Shown here: positions 17,164-26,940 of the stretch, in pieces
How positions within the stretch are numbered: the first letter of the stretch is position 1
How the letters are laid out: each line of letters begins with the position of its first letter
Source: a virus
Lineage: Duplodnaviria; Caudoviricetes
Virus record (IMG/VR): IMGVR_UViG_3300048856_000091
Coordinates: 1-43,897 of that record
Length of the DNA stretch: 43,897 nucleotides
Reading direction: 5' to 3' (one strand)
Notes under the pieces: generated by a model
Database searches by the model: none
What the model was told of the DNA's origin: nothing
The model's input: the letters and a program-made list of their open reading frames with translations, nothing else
Translations under genes and position numbers: made by a program

Positions 17164-17568
17164 ATGAAGATCCCAAAGAACGCCTTGGTCGCCGTCGCAG
17201 ACGGAGAAAAGCTCGGCTTGTACAATAACAGCGGTGACGAGCATGCGCCCAAACTGACGGCCTTACCCGACGCAGACGTATCGACCGATAACATGGGCTC
17301 TGGTGGCCGCCATCAGAGCAGTTCCGCCAACCCGAGCGATAGCCAGCAGAACGAAGACAGCTTTGCCGCTGGTGTCGCCGAGGTGTTGAACAAGCGTGCG
17401 ATGGGAGGAAAGGTCGACCACGTGATCGTGATCGCCGCACCGCGCACGCTCGGTGAGCTCCGCAAGCACTATCACAAGACACTCGAGGCCAAGATGGTGG
17501 GCGAGATATCGAAGGATCTAACCGGCCATGCGATTGCCGACATCGAAAAGGTTATCGCTGCCGCTTGA
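17164..17568 (+). CDS. Host attachment family protein (AtsE-like / baeRF12)
   Basis: ALVAVADGEK...IVIAAPRTLGELRKHYH...EISKDLT; AAGGA RBS. Confidence 0.88.
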   Translation: MKIPKNALVAVADGEKLGLYNNSGDEHAPKLTALPDADVSTDNMGSGGRHQSSSANPSDSQQNEDSFAAGVAEVLNKRAMGGKVDHVIVIAAPRTLGELRKHYHKTLEAKMVGEISKDLTGHAIADIEKVIAAA

Positions 17569-17575
17569 CGCTTCT

Positions 17576-17606
17576 GACTGCCCAGGGTCGAAACCGCTGG
17601 GCAGTC
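17576..17606. terminator. Stem-loop just after the host-attachment gene
   Basis: GACTGCCCAG...CTGGGCAGTC 10-bp stem, no U-tract. Confidence 0.4.
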
Positions 17607-17711
17607 TGCCGTCTCGGTGGAAGTCGGGGCCAGGGCAAGCGGTCGAGACCTGTTGCATCCGGCCACGAAACGTGCCAGAAAACCCCTGCGACAGCCATGT
17701 CTGGCGCGCAC

Positions 17712-17736
17712 AGCCCGCCTTCTTGGCGGGCTTTTT
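17712..17736 (+). terminator. Intrinsic terminator
   Basis: AGCCCGCC-TTCTT-GGCGGGCT followed by TTTT. Confidence 0.75.
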
Positions 17737-17753
17737 CGTTTCCGGAGGTGGTG

Positions 17754-18008
17754 ATGTGCGATCGCGTCCGCGGACGACGCGGCGTCGCACTTCAAGTCTC
17801 GCCTCGCTGCTGAGCCGCTATGCCCCCGGTGCAAGGAGCGCGGGCTGACGGCTGCGGCGACGGATCATGTCACGCTGCTCGCCCTGGGTGGTGAGGACGT
17901 CGACAGTAGCATCGGTGTCTGTGTGGTCCGTGCCACGAGATCGTCACCGCTGAAGAGTTCGTGCTCAAGCAGCGCGTGACGATCGGTGTCGATGGATGGC
18001 CGGTTTAA
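17754..18008 (+). pseudogene. Frameshifted HNH endonuclease (terminase-adjacent type)
   Basis: GGAGG RBS; three frame segments RVRGRRGVAL / RLAAEPLCPRCKERG..ATDHVTLLALGGEDVDS / CLCGPCHEIVTAEEF..TIGVDGWPV*. Confidence 0.8.
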
Positions 18009-18190
18009 ATCTTCGGCGGCGTCCGTCGACCCGTGGCTGCGTCGAGGCACTGCGCGTAGAGGTCCAGGGTATCGCGGCGGTCTAACGGTCCGCCTTCGTT
18101 GTTATAAATTCGAACCATCAAGTCGAATGCGACCCGCTGAGGGCTTCCGCTATCGGGTAGGCCAGTGATCCTGGTGTTCGTATCGGCCAT
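18005..18190 (-). CDS. Small hypothetical protein (61 aa, moron-like)
   Basis: AAGGA RBS; natural composition; stop overlaps the HNH stop. Confidence 0.6.
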   Translation of the reverse strand: MADTNTRITGLPDSGSPQRVAFDLMVRIYNNEGGPLDRRDTLDLYAQCLDAATGRRTPPKI

Positions 18191-18424
18191 GTTAGGTCCT
18201 TGTTGTGAGGAACCCGTAGAGGCTCGGGGAGCCTGAATGTCTAGGCGGATGAGGTAGGATACCGACCATCATCCCTCGCCCGGGATCTCGCTTCGCACTC
18301 CACGTCACGGTGCAGGGGCGGCGAGGGCGCTCCCCGCTAAGTCCGAAGGCTACCCGAGATTGAGAGATTGAGCCGGTTAAGCGGCTCAACTGCGCGCCAT
18401 CGGGCGCCGTCATCGTTTCAGGAG

Positions 18425-18655
18425 ATGCTGATGGCTGACGCTGCGCGCTCGGCGTCCAATCGTCTCCGCCACCTCGCTATCGAGCTGGAGACGCTGGCTG
18501 ACGCAATGGAGCGGCCGTCTCGCACCACCGCGCGGTCGGACATGCTGATCGCCGAGTGCGAGCGTATCGGTGCCGACGTCCGGGCGGTGGTGCGGGGCCC
18601 CGCGCGGGCTATCCACCCGCCGCTCTGGCATCGCGGAGGTCAGGCGACCTGGTGA
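18425..18655 (+). CDS. Small phage hypothetical protein upstream of cos
   Basis: CAGGAG RBS; starts at 18425 or 18431; helical product. Confidence 0.55.
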   Translation: MLMADAARSASNRLRHLAIELETLADAMERPSRTTARSDMLIAECERIGADVRAVVRGPARAIHPPLWHRGGQATW

Positions 18656-18672
18656 TGCCCCGGCCCCCCTTT

Positions 18673-18716
18673 GGGTCCTTCCGGCGCTCCAGGGTAATAC
18701 GGGGGGCAAAGGCGCA
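18673..18716 (+). other. Lambda-like cos site (cosQ plus cosN)
   Basis: GGGTCCT-TCCGG...TACGGGGGGC just upstream of the small terminase; the lambda site reads GGGTCCTTTCCGG...TTACGGGGCGG. Confidence 0.7.
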
Positions 18717-18838
18717 ACTTCCGTCTAGCCACAGGAAATCGTCTTACTTCTTCCTCCCTGCGGGCCCCAGAAACGGCAGATTTCCGCCAGTTTCGGGCAT
18801 TCTAGAAGGGAAGTACGACCCCTCTGGGAGGGAAGTGA

Positions 18839-19324
18839 GTGGAAATCGACCTTGAGGAGCCCACCCGGCCCCAGCTTGCCGCAGTGTTCGGCGTTTCCAG
18901 CCGCTGGATCGGCGAATTGCGGTCCAAGGGTGACCTGCCGGAAGATGGCGCCTCCCTGCTCGAAAACATCGAAGCCTGGGCGCAGGCAAAGTACGGGATC
19001 GACGGCGCGCAGGGAGCGCTGGATCTCGATGCGGAGAGCGCCCGCCTGAAGAAAGAGCAGGCGGACTCCAAGGCGATGGACAACGCCGAGCGCCGTGGCG
19101 AACTGGCTTCCCTGCCAGACATGTCCGGGGCCGTCATCAGCGTCATCGCCATGGCGGTCTCTCGCCTGAGCCAGGTCGGCATGATCGTCGCCAAGGGCGA
19201 TCACAAACTCAGGGCGCGCATCGAGAAGGCGGTCAACGACTCCCTCAAGGAGTTGAGCGTCGCCAAGGTCGAGAAGGCCAGAGGCGGAGGCCTAGATGCC
19301 GAAGAGGCCGCCGAAGCAGACTGA
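18839..19324 (+). CDS. Terminase small subunit (Nu1-like)
   Basis: TRPQLAAVFGVSSRWI HTH; LDAESARLKKEQAD...NAERRGEL; directly upstream of the large terminase. Confidence 0.85.
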   Translation: MEIDLEEPTRPQLAAVFGVSSRWIGELRSKGDLPEDGASLLENIEAWAQAKYGIDGAQGALDLDAESARLKKEQADSKAMDNAERRGELASLPDMSGAVISVIAMAVSRLSQVGMIVAKGDHKLRARIEKAVNDSLKELSVAKVEKARGGGLDAEEAAEAD

Positions 19325-21277
19325 GCCCGAGGCACTTCAGATCCGCGGTGACGATGCCGTGCTGTCAGCCGTTCGCGAATGGCTGGCGATGTTTGCGCCC
19401 CGGCCCAAGCCAAAGCTGTCCGAGTTCATGCTGGAGCACGCCTGCGACGACACTGGCGCCAGCATCACGCCGTTCCCCTTCCAGCTGCAGATGGCGGACG
19501 CTTTCACGGATCCTGAGACCAGCCAGCTGAGCTGCCGCAAGAGCAGCCGCATTGGTTATTCCACGATCCTCCAGTCGTTCATGGCGTATCGCATCCGGTA
19601 CGACCCGGCGCGTTCGCTGATCTACCAGCCGACGATCGACGACGCGGAGAAGTACAGCCGCGACGATCTGGAGCCGGTGCTGCAATGGGACCTCGTCCGC
19701 GAGGTCGCGACCTTCAAGCCGCGGCATGCCGATAACCAGATTCGGGCCAAGCGCTACAAGGCGGCTGGATCCAGATCAAAGGCGCGAACAGCCCGAAGGA
19801 GTTCCGACGCGTTACTGCCGACGACGTGTTCCTGGAGGAATGCGACGGCTACCCTTGGGCGTCGAAGGAAGAGGGCGACCCCGCCCGCCTAGCCTACAAG
19901 CGCAACCTGACTTCGCCGCGGCGGTTCAGTGCTGCGGGATCGACCCCGAAGGTGAAAGGGCTCAGCCGGATCGACCTGCTGTTCGAGCAGGGGAGCCAGG
20001 AATTCCGGTACGTCCCTTGCCCGCATTGCGGCGAGATGCAGCAGCTCGTGTTCGGCGACGGTACTGGCGCCGGCATCCGGTGGGAGCCGAAGGAAAACCC
20101 GACCCGCGCGTGGTATCGCTGCGTAAACGGCTGCGACATCGACGAAGCCGACAAAGCGGCGATGGATGAAGCCGGCGAGTGGCGAGCGCACAACCCCGGC
20201 GCGTTCCCGCGGCATCGGTCTTTCCACATCTGGGCGGCTTACAGCCAGCATCCGGGTGCCGCCTGGCTGGAGATCGCCCGCGAGTTCATGGAGGTCCGCA
20301 AGGACCCGAACCTTCTTCGTACCTTCGTCAACCAGACTCTGGGCGAGGCATGGGCCGAGCGGGGAGAGGCTCCCGAGTGGCAGCGCCTCTACGATCGCCG
20401 GGAGACAGCCATGGCGATCGGGACGCCTCCCGTCTGGGCCGGCCTGTTGATCGGATCAGTGGACGTGCAGCGGGGCGGCGGTGGCCGGCTCGAGCTGGAC
20501 ATCTGGGCGTTCGGACCAAAGAAGCAGCGCGCGCTGGTCGAGCATATCGAGATCGACGGCTCGATCGCCGATCACGCGACCTGGACCAAGCTGGACGAAG
20601 CGGTCGGCCGAAGCTGGCGGACTCAGGACGGCCGGTCGCTACGGCTCGCAAGGGTCGCGATCGATTCCGGCGACGGCGCGAACACCATGCACGTCTACGC
20701 CTGGGCGCGTCGGCATTCTGCTTTCGCCATGGCGGTGAAGGGCCGGCATGCGGTTGGCATCGGGCAGGCGATCGCCGGGCCGACGTGGCAGGACCTGACG
20801 ATCAACGGCCGCAAGCTGAAGCGTGGCGTGCGGTTGTGGACCATCGGCACCTCCATGCTGAAGCTGGAGCTGTACGGATACCTGTCGTTGGAGAAGCCGG
20901 TCGACGGCGAACCCTACCCGGAGGGGTACGTCTTCCTGCCTCAGGGCACCACCGACGAGTGGATCAAGCAGCTGGTTGCCGAGCAACTGGTCCAGAAGAA
21001 CCTGAGGAACGGCCGCTCGCGGGTCGAGTGGGAGCAAACCCGGCCGCGTAACGAGGCGCTCGACAACGCCATCTACGCCCGGGCTGTGGCGGTGAGCTTG
21101 GGTGCCGACGAATGGACCCAGCGCCAGTGGGGCAAGCTGCTCGGCACCGTTGCCGTGAAGCGACCAGCGCTGGTGAAGCCTGCCGAGGCGCAGGCCCAAT
21201 CCGCATCCGAATCTGTCCCGGCGAGGGCGGGCATGAAGCCGCGACGCGCAAATCCGTTCACGAGCCGCAGGAGGTAG
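19296..21277 (+). pseudogene. Terminase large subunit (lambda gpA family) with a 1-nt frameshift near 19760
   Basis: Walker A RKSSRIGYS in the first frame; GWIQIKGANSPKEFRRVTADDVFLEE, CPHC and RNEALD in the second frame. Confidence 0.9.
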
Positions 21278-21278
21278 C

Positions 21279-21494
21279 ATGGCCTACCAGCAGTCAGATC
21301 TCGACCGGCTCGACGCGGCGATCAGCAGTGGCGTGCGCTCGGTCACCTTCGCCGACGGCCGTCGGACCGAGTACCAGAACCTCGATCAGCTGCTTGCCGC
21401 GCGCAAGGTGGTGGCGGCCCAGCTGTCGATGCAGGAGACCTCGAAGGGCGCCGTCGTGCGTCGGCGTGTGCCGTACTACCGGAGCGGCCTCTAA
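21279..21494 (+). CDS. Head-tail joining protein (gpW-like)
   Basis: LDAAISSGVRSVTFADGRRTEYQ; lies between terminase and portal. Confidence 0.88.
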   Translation: MAYQQSDLDRLDAAISSGVRSVTFADGRRTEYQNLDQLLAARKVVAAQLSMQETSKGAVVRRRVPYYRSGL

Positions 21495-23048
21495 GTGGCG
21501 TCGCTCCTTGACCGGCTGTTCGGCCGCGCCCGCCCCGGTGCCGAGCCGGCCCGAGCTGCAGCGGCACCGAAGCGCATCCGCACGGGGCGCGGAGCGCGCG
21601 CTGAGTATGACGGCGCCACGCTTGGTCGTCGTGCCGCCGGCTGGCGCCGCACCCGGCTGGACGCCAACGGCGAACTCTCGCCGGCCGTCGCGGCAGCGCT
21701 GCGCGGGATCGCCCGCGACCTCGTGCGCAACAACCCGTTCGCGGCGCGCGGGGCGGCGACGATCGCGCACAACATGGTCGGGACCGGGATCACCTTTCAG
21801 GTGTACCGCGACGGCAAGATCGACGACCGGCTGAACAAGCTGGCTCGACGGCACCTCGACACCACGGCATGCGACGCCAGCGGGCGCCATGACCTGTACG
21901 GTCTGCAGCTGCAGGCTGCGCGCACCATCGTGGAGAGCGGCGCCGTGGTGATGCGCCGCCGCTGGCGGCGCGCCTCTGATCGGCTGCCGCTGCCCTTCCA
22001 GCTACAGGTGATCGAGCCGGATTACATCGACCCGTCGAAGCATGGGCCGCTCTCCAGCGCGCCAGGCGTGCAGGGCGGGTTCCTGATCAACGGCGTGCAG
22101 TTCGGCCCGCTGGGCGCCCGCGAGGGCTACTGGCTATTCAACGGCCATCCGGGCGGCGGCCGCGCTGATGCGCTGGGCTCTACCTTCGTGAAGGCGGCAG
22201 ACGTGGCGCACGTTTTCCGCGCCGATCGACCGGAGATGGAGCACGGCGCGACCTGGTTCGCGCCTGTCATCCTGCGGATGAAGGATTTCGGCGACTACGA
22301 AGACGCGCAGCTCACGCGGCAGAAGCTGGCAAGCGCGTTTGTCGGCGTGGTCACCGGCGAAGATCTGGGCGGTGTCATTCCTGGCATCCAGAGCGAGGAT
22401 GGCGACCCCGGCGAACCGGTCGCGCTCGGCGAAGACCGCGAACCGCTGGACTACATCGAGCCGGGTACCTTCCAGTATGCGCGACCGGGCGAAGAGGTCA
22501 CCTTCTCCGACCCTCCCAAAGTGGAGGGATACGCTGATTACACCAAGGTGTCCCTGCGCGCGGTCAGCTCTGGCCTGGGCGTGCCCTACGAGGCGCTCAC
22601 CGGCGACCTGTCCAATGTGAACTTCTCGTCCGGCCGGATGGGCTGGCTCGAATACCAGCGATCGCTCGCGGCCTGGCAGTGGACGATGTTCATCCCGCAG
22701 TTCTGCGGTGCTGTAGCGACCTGGCTGATCGACGCCTTCTCGATGATCGGCGAGGACGTCGAGGGTGTCACCGTCCGGTGGACGCCTCCCGGTCGCGAGA
22801 TGATCAACCCCGCCGAAGAGGTGAAGGCCAACCGCGACGCGATCCGATCGGGTCAGAAAACGATCTCGCAGTGCGCGCGCGAACGCGGCGAGGATCCCGA
22901 TACCTTCCTCGCTGAGGCGAAGGCCGACTTCGAAAAGCTCGATGCGCTCGGGCTCATCTACGACTGCGACCCTCGCCGGGTGACGGCCGTCGGCAATCCT
23001 GCGGAGCAAGAGCCCTCCGCCCAGCCTGTGCAGCCTCAGGGGGCCTGA
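21495..23048 (+). CDS. Portal protein, lambda family
   Basis: ARDLVRNNPFA, LQLQVIEPDYID, GVPYEALTGDLSNVNFSSGRMG. Confidence 0.93.
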   Translation: MASLLDRLFGRARPGAEPARAAAAPKRIRTGRGARAEYDGATLGRRAAGWRRTRLDANGELSPAVAAALRGIARDLVRNNPFAARGAATIAHNMVGTGITFQVYRDGKIDDRLNKLARRHLDTTACDASGRHDLYGLQLQAARTIVESGAVVMRRRWRRASDRLPLPFQLQVIEPDYIDPSKHGPLSSAPGVQGGFLINGVQFGPLGAREGYWLFNGHPGGGRADALGSTFVKAADVAHVFRADRPEMEHGATWFAPVILRMKDFGDYEDAQLTRQKLASAFVGVVTGEDLGGVIPGIQSEDGDPGEPVALGEDREPLDYIEPGTFQYARPGEEVTFSDPPKVEGYADYTKVSLRAVSSGLGVPYEALTGDLSNVNFSSGRMGWLEYQRSLAAWQWTMFIPQFCGAVATWLIDAFSMIGEDVEGVTVRWTPPGREMINPAEEVKANRDAIRSGQKTISQCARERGEDPDTFLAEAKADFEKLDALGLIYDCDPRRVTAVGNPAEQEPSAQPVQPQGA

Positions 23049-25235
23049 ATGCTCGAAATTCTCATGTACGGCATCGTTGGCGACGAGTGGGACGGCCTCG
23101 ATGCTAAGACCCTCTTCGCCCTGATCGCCAGCGACGATGGCGACCTCGTGGTGCGCATCAACTCGCCAGGCGGTTACGTCATGGAGGGGCTGGCGATCTT
23201 CAACGCGCTCGCCGCCGCCAAGGCCGCCGGCCGCAAGGTCACCGTCCATATCGACGGGCTCGCGGCATCGATGGCTTCCGTGATCGCGATGGTCGGCGAC
23301 GAGATCATCATGGCCGACAACGCTTTGATGATGATCCACAACCCCTGGGATGTGGCGATCGGCGACGCCCGCGAGCTTCGCGCCGCGGCCGACAAGCTCG
23401 ACGTGATCCGGGACCAGCTCGTGCGGATCTACTCGGGTCAGACCGGGCTCACCCCCGACGATCTTATCCCAATGCTCGACGCGGAGACGTGGCTCACGTC
23501 CGAGCAGGCGCTCGAGCAAAAGTTCATCACGTCCGTGTCGGAGGCGTCCAACGCCGCGGCCTGCAACGTGTCAGCATTCGGGTTTCGCAAGGCCCCCGAA
23601 AGCCCGGTCATCTCCGCAATGGCGATGCTGGGAACCCCGCGGACGGCCGCTGCCGCTCCTAAACGTCCACAGGAGAAAACCATGGACCTCTATAAGACCC
23701 GCGCGGCGCTGGTTGCCGCGATCGCCACGTTCCAGAAGGATGGCGGCACGCAGGACGAGATCGACAAGATCGTGAAGTCCGCCGTGGCGCTCAACGCACA
23801 GGATGCGCTTCCCCCCACCGGCGCGCTTGCCCTAACCCCGACGACGGGCAATCCGGCGCACCAGACCGACACCTCGGTCATCGCCCTGACCGCGGCCGAT
23901 GTGCAGAACGCCGTGAATGCGGAGCGCCTCCGCGTCGGGACGATCCGCGCACTCGGTACCAAGCACAAGCTGACCGCCGAGTTCATCGACGGCCTGGTCG
24001 ATGAAGGCACTCCGCTCGCGACCGCGCGCGAGAAGATCCTCGACAAGCTCGCCGAGGAAGGCGACGCCGCCAACGTCGGCCACAACAGCCCCGCGCGGGT
24101 GACGGTCGACCAGCGCGAGAAGTTCCGGGAGGGCGCCACCAACTGGCTGCTCGTCAAGGCGGGTGTCGCCCACCTCGTCGAGAAGGCGGCGGCGCTGAAC
24201 GGCAAGCCCATCAAGATCGACCCGGGCGAGTTCCGCGGCGTTCGCAACGTCGACCTCGCGCGCGAATCGCTTGGCAACCTGGGCGTGAACATCACCACCC
24301 GCGATCCGGACCAGATCGTGCGACAGGCGATGACCTCGCAGGGCGCGGTGATCACGCAGACGACCAGCGACTTCCCCGTCCTGTTCGAAAACGCGATCCA
24401 TCGCACCCTGCAGGCGGCCTATGCGACTACGCCGGACACCTGGACGCGGTTCTGCGGCACCGGCACCGTAACCGACTTCCGCCCTCACAGCCGGTACCTG
24501 CGCGGTTCGTTCGGCGCGCTCGACAACGTGAACGAGGCGGGCGAGTTCAAGAACAAGCCCATCCCCGACCTCGCGAAGGAGGCGATCACCGCGTCGACGA
24601 AGGGCAACATCATCAACCTGTCGCGTCAGGCGATCGTCAACGACGACATGGAGGTGTTCTCCGGTCTCGCCGTCGACCTCGGCCGGGCCGCCAAGCTGAC
24701 GATCGAGATCGACGTCTTCGCGCTGCTCAACAGCAACCCGGTCATGAACGACGGCAAGCCGCTGTTCCACGCCGACCACGGCAACCTGGCCGCCGCGGGC
24801 GCTGCGCCTTCGGTCGCAGCCTTCGACGCGATCCGCGTTGCCATGGCACAGCAGAAGGACGTCAGCGGAAACGAGTTCCTCGACATCCGCCCGTCCATCC
24901 TGCTGCTCGCGCTCGCACTGGGCGGCGCAGCGCGCGTCATCAACGGCTGTCAGTACGATCCGGATGCCGTGAACAAGCTGCAGCGGCCGAACATCGTCAA
25001 CGGGATGTTCGAGGACATCGTCGACAGCCCGCGCCTGTCGGGCACCGCCTATTACGCCTTCGCGGATCCAAACGTCGCGCCGGCTATCGAGGTGGTGTTC
25101 CTCAACGGCGTGACCGAGCCGTTCACGGACAGCCAGGATGGTTGGCGCGTCGACGGTGTCGAGTGGAAGGTCCGCCACGATTACGGCGTCGGCGCCGTGA
25201 ACTGGCGCTCCGCCTACAAGCAGCCCGGCGCCTGA
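23049..25235 (+). CDS. ClpP-like prohead protease fused to the major capsid protein
   Basis: RINSPGG, GLAASMAS (Ser), MIHNPW (His); capsid motifs TTSDFPVLF, SRQAIVNDD and KVRHDYG. Confidence 0.93.
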   Translation: MLEILMYGIVGDEWDGLDAKTLFALIASDDGDLVVRINSPGGYVMEGLAIFNALAAAKAAGRKVTVHIDGLAASMASVIAMVGDEIIMADNALMMIHNPWDVAIGDARELRAAADKLDVIRDQLVRIYSGQTGLTPDDLIPMLDAETWLTSEQALEQKFITSVSEASNAAACNVSAFGFRKAPESPVISAMAMLGTPRTAAAAPKRPQEKTMDLYKTRAALVAAIATFQKDGGTQDEIDKIVKSAVALNAQDALPPTGALALTPTTGNPAHQTDTSVIALTAADVQNAVNAERLRVGTIRALGTKHKLTAEFIDGLVDEGTPLATAREKILDKLAEEGDAANVGHNSPARVTVDQREKFREGATNWLLVKAGVAHLVEKAAALNGKPIKIDPGEFRGVRNVDLARESLGNLGVNITTRDPDQIVRQAMTSQGAVITQTTSDFPVLFENAIHRTLQAAYATTPDTWTRFCGTGTVTDFRPHSRYLRGSFGALDNVNEAGEFKNKPIPDLAKEAITASTKGNIINLSRQAIVNDDMEVFSGLAVDLGRAAKLTIEIDVFALLNSNPVMNDGKPLFHADHGNLAAAGAAPSVAAFDAIRVAMAQQKDVSGNEFLDIRPSILLLALALGGAARVINGCQYDPDAVNKLQRPNIVNGMFEDIVDSPRLSGTAYYAFADPNVAPAIEVVFLNGVTEPFTDSQDGWRVDGVEWKVRHDYGVGAVNWRSAYKQPGA

Positions 25236-25303
25236 GGCCCGCGCACCCGTGAACCTGCGGCAGGGCCGGCTGCGGCCGCCCTGACCGCTTCAGGAGAACA
25301 GCC

Positions 25304-25603
25304 ATGAAGTTCGTGAAGCTGCTGATCGCAGCGCACGTCGCGGGCGTGCTGCGGCACCCCCACGAGGGTGTGCTGCATGTCGATGACGCTGAAGCCGAGC
25401 GCCTCGTCGAGAGCGAAGTGGGCGAGGATGTGACCGCCGACTTCACCGCCAAACAGAACCGGGACACCCCGGTTGAGGCTGGCACCGAGCCGAGCGGCTC
25501 GGAAGCGGAGACCCCCGCCAACCCCCACCAGGCCGAAGTCGAAACCGACGTTCCGGCCGAGGCCACGCCTGCGCGCCGCAGGGCCGCGGCGAACAAGGAG
25601 TAA
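25304..25603 (+). CDS. Phage head-region hypothetical protein
   Basis: CAGGAG RBS; lies between capsid and DUF2190. Confidence 0.7.
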   Translation: MKFVKLLIAAHVAGVLRHPHEGVLHVDDAEAERLVESEVGEDVTADFTAKQNRDTPVEAGTEPSGSEAETPANPHQAEVETDVPAEATPARRRAAANKE

Positions 25604-25609
25604 GCCAAG

Positions 25610-25951
25610 ATGGCACGCAACTTCATCCAGCCCGGTGACACGATCACCATGATCGCCCCCTCCGCCGTCACCAGCGGCGCGGGCTTGCTCGTCGGCGCGG
25701 TGTTCGCCGTCGCCCTCACCAATGCCGCACAGTCGGCACCCGTCGAGGCGAAGCGGACCGGTGTCTGGGACCTCGCCAAGGCTCCCGGCGAAGCCTGGGT
25801 GGCTGACACCACCAAGCTCTACTGGGACAACACCGCCAAGCGCGTGACCGCGACCGCAACGGGCAACACGCTGATCGGCGTTGCTCGTCAGTCGCAGGCC
25901 TCCGCCGACACCGTCGGACGCGTGCTGCTCACCGGTCAGATCGCCGCCTAA
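25610..25951 (+). CDS. DUF2190 family capsid cement/decoration protein
   Basis: MARNFIQPGD...GVWDLAK...KLYWDNTAK...GNTLIG. Confidence 0.88.
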   Translation: MARNFIQPGDTITMIAPSAVTSGAGLLVGAVFAVALTNAAQSAPVEAKRTGVWDLAKAPGEAWVADTTKLYWDNTAKRVTATATGNTLIGVARQSQASADTVGRVLLTGQIAA

Positions 25952-25954
25952 GCC

Positions 25955-26293
25955 ATGGATCCGTTCGCCTCGGCGCTCGACGCCCTGTTCACCGGGCCCG
26001 GCTCCGAGGCGGCGGATTACGTGTCGGAAAGCGGCGTGCAGGAGGGTGTCCGGATCATCCGGTCACGCCCGACCGCCGACGCCGCCTTTGGCGACAGCCG
26101 GATTCGGCAGGACACCTGCACGATTGATGTGCGGCGGTTTGAAGTGCCGACGCCGGTCGCGGGCGATCGCTTCCTGATCCGCGAGATTGATCCGGTCACC
26201 AAGGCGGAGGTTCGTACCGCCTGCATCATTACCGGCGACCCGGCGCTCGACGTCGAGGGGATCACCTGGACCTGCTCGGCGCCGAAAGCATGA
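25955..26293 (+). CDS. Head-tail joining protein
   Basis: Position; IDVRRFEVPTPVAGD motif. Confidence 0.7.
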   Translation: MDPFASALDALFTGPGSEAADYVSESGVQEGVRIIRSRPTADAAFGDSRIRQDTCTIDVRRFEVPTPVAGDRFLIREIDPVTKAEVRTACIITGDPALDVEGITWTCSAPKA

Positions 26294-26940
26294 AGTTCGA
26301 GGTCGAGGTCCCCGACTTCGCCAAGGTGATGCGGGAGGCGGAGAGCGGTGTCGCACGCGCGGCCACCGTCGCCATGCGCGCCACCACCGGCGACGCGCTG
26401 CGCGAGTTGCGCGGCCAGGTGACATCGGCTGGTCTCGGCCAGCGCCTGGCGAACACCTGGCGCGGCAACGTTTACCCGAAGTCGCGCAACGGCATGAACC
26501 CGGCCGGCTACATCTACAGCCGCGCCCCCGAGATCATCGACAGCTTCGTGCGAGGCGCCACCATCGTGCCGGTCAACGGCAGCCGGTTCCTCGCCATTCC
26601 CACCGACAATGTGCCGCGTGTCGGCAGGCGTCGCGGCTCCACCGGGCGCATGACCCCCGAACAGGTCGAGCACACGTTCAACCAAGACCTGTTCTACCAG
26701 CGCGGTAAGAACGGCCGCGTGCTCGCGTTCATCAATGCCGTGGGCGCGCGTCGCGGGCGCGGGATTCGTCAGGGCACTGCAAGGCGACTGGCGCAGGGGC
26801 GCGATCTCAAGCGCGTGCTGATGTTCACCCTCGTGCCCGTCGCTCGCATGCCCAAGCTGCTCGATCTGGACGGTCCCGCCAATCGCTGGAGCGCCTCCTA
26901 CATCGCCGCCTTTACCCGCGGCCTGGAGAAGAACTGGTGA
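26290..26940 (+). CDS. DUF6441-like neck/tail-completion protein
   Basis: LRGQVTSAGLGQRLANTWR...FLAIPT; ATGA-coupled. Confidence 0.7.
   Translation: MKFEVEVPDFAKVMREAESGVARAATVAMRATTGDALRELRGQVTSAGLGQRLANTWRGNVYPKSRNGMNPAGYIYSRAPEIIDSFVRGATIVPVNGSRFLAIPTDNVPRVGRRRGSTGRMTPEQVEHTFNQDLFYQRGKNGRVLAFINAVGARRGRGIRQGTARRLAQGRDLKRVLMFTLVPVARMPKLLDLDGPANRWSASYIAAFTRGLEKNW

Noticed and set aside
12818-17570. Complete Thoeris or CBASS operon around the TIR gene
   Set aside because: No SIR2/Macro ThsA, cyclase or other effector gene is adjacent
19750-19770. Programmed frameshift in the terminase
   Set aside because: No slippery heptamer; a simple 1-nt loss explains it
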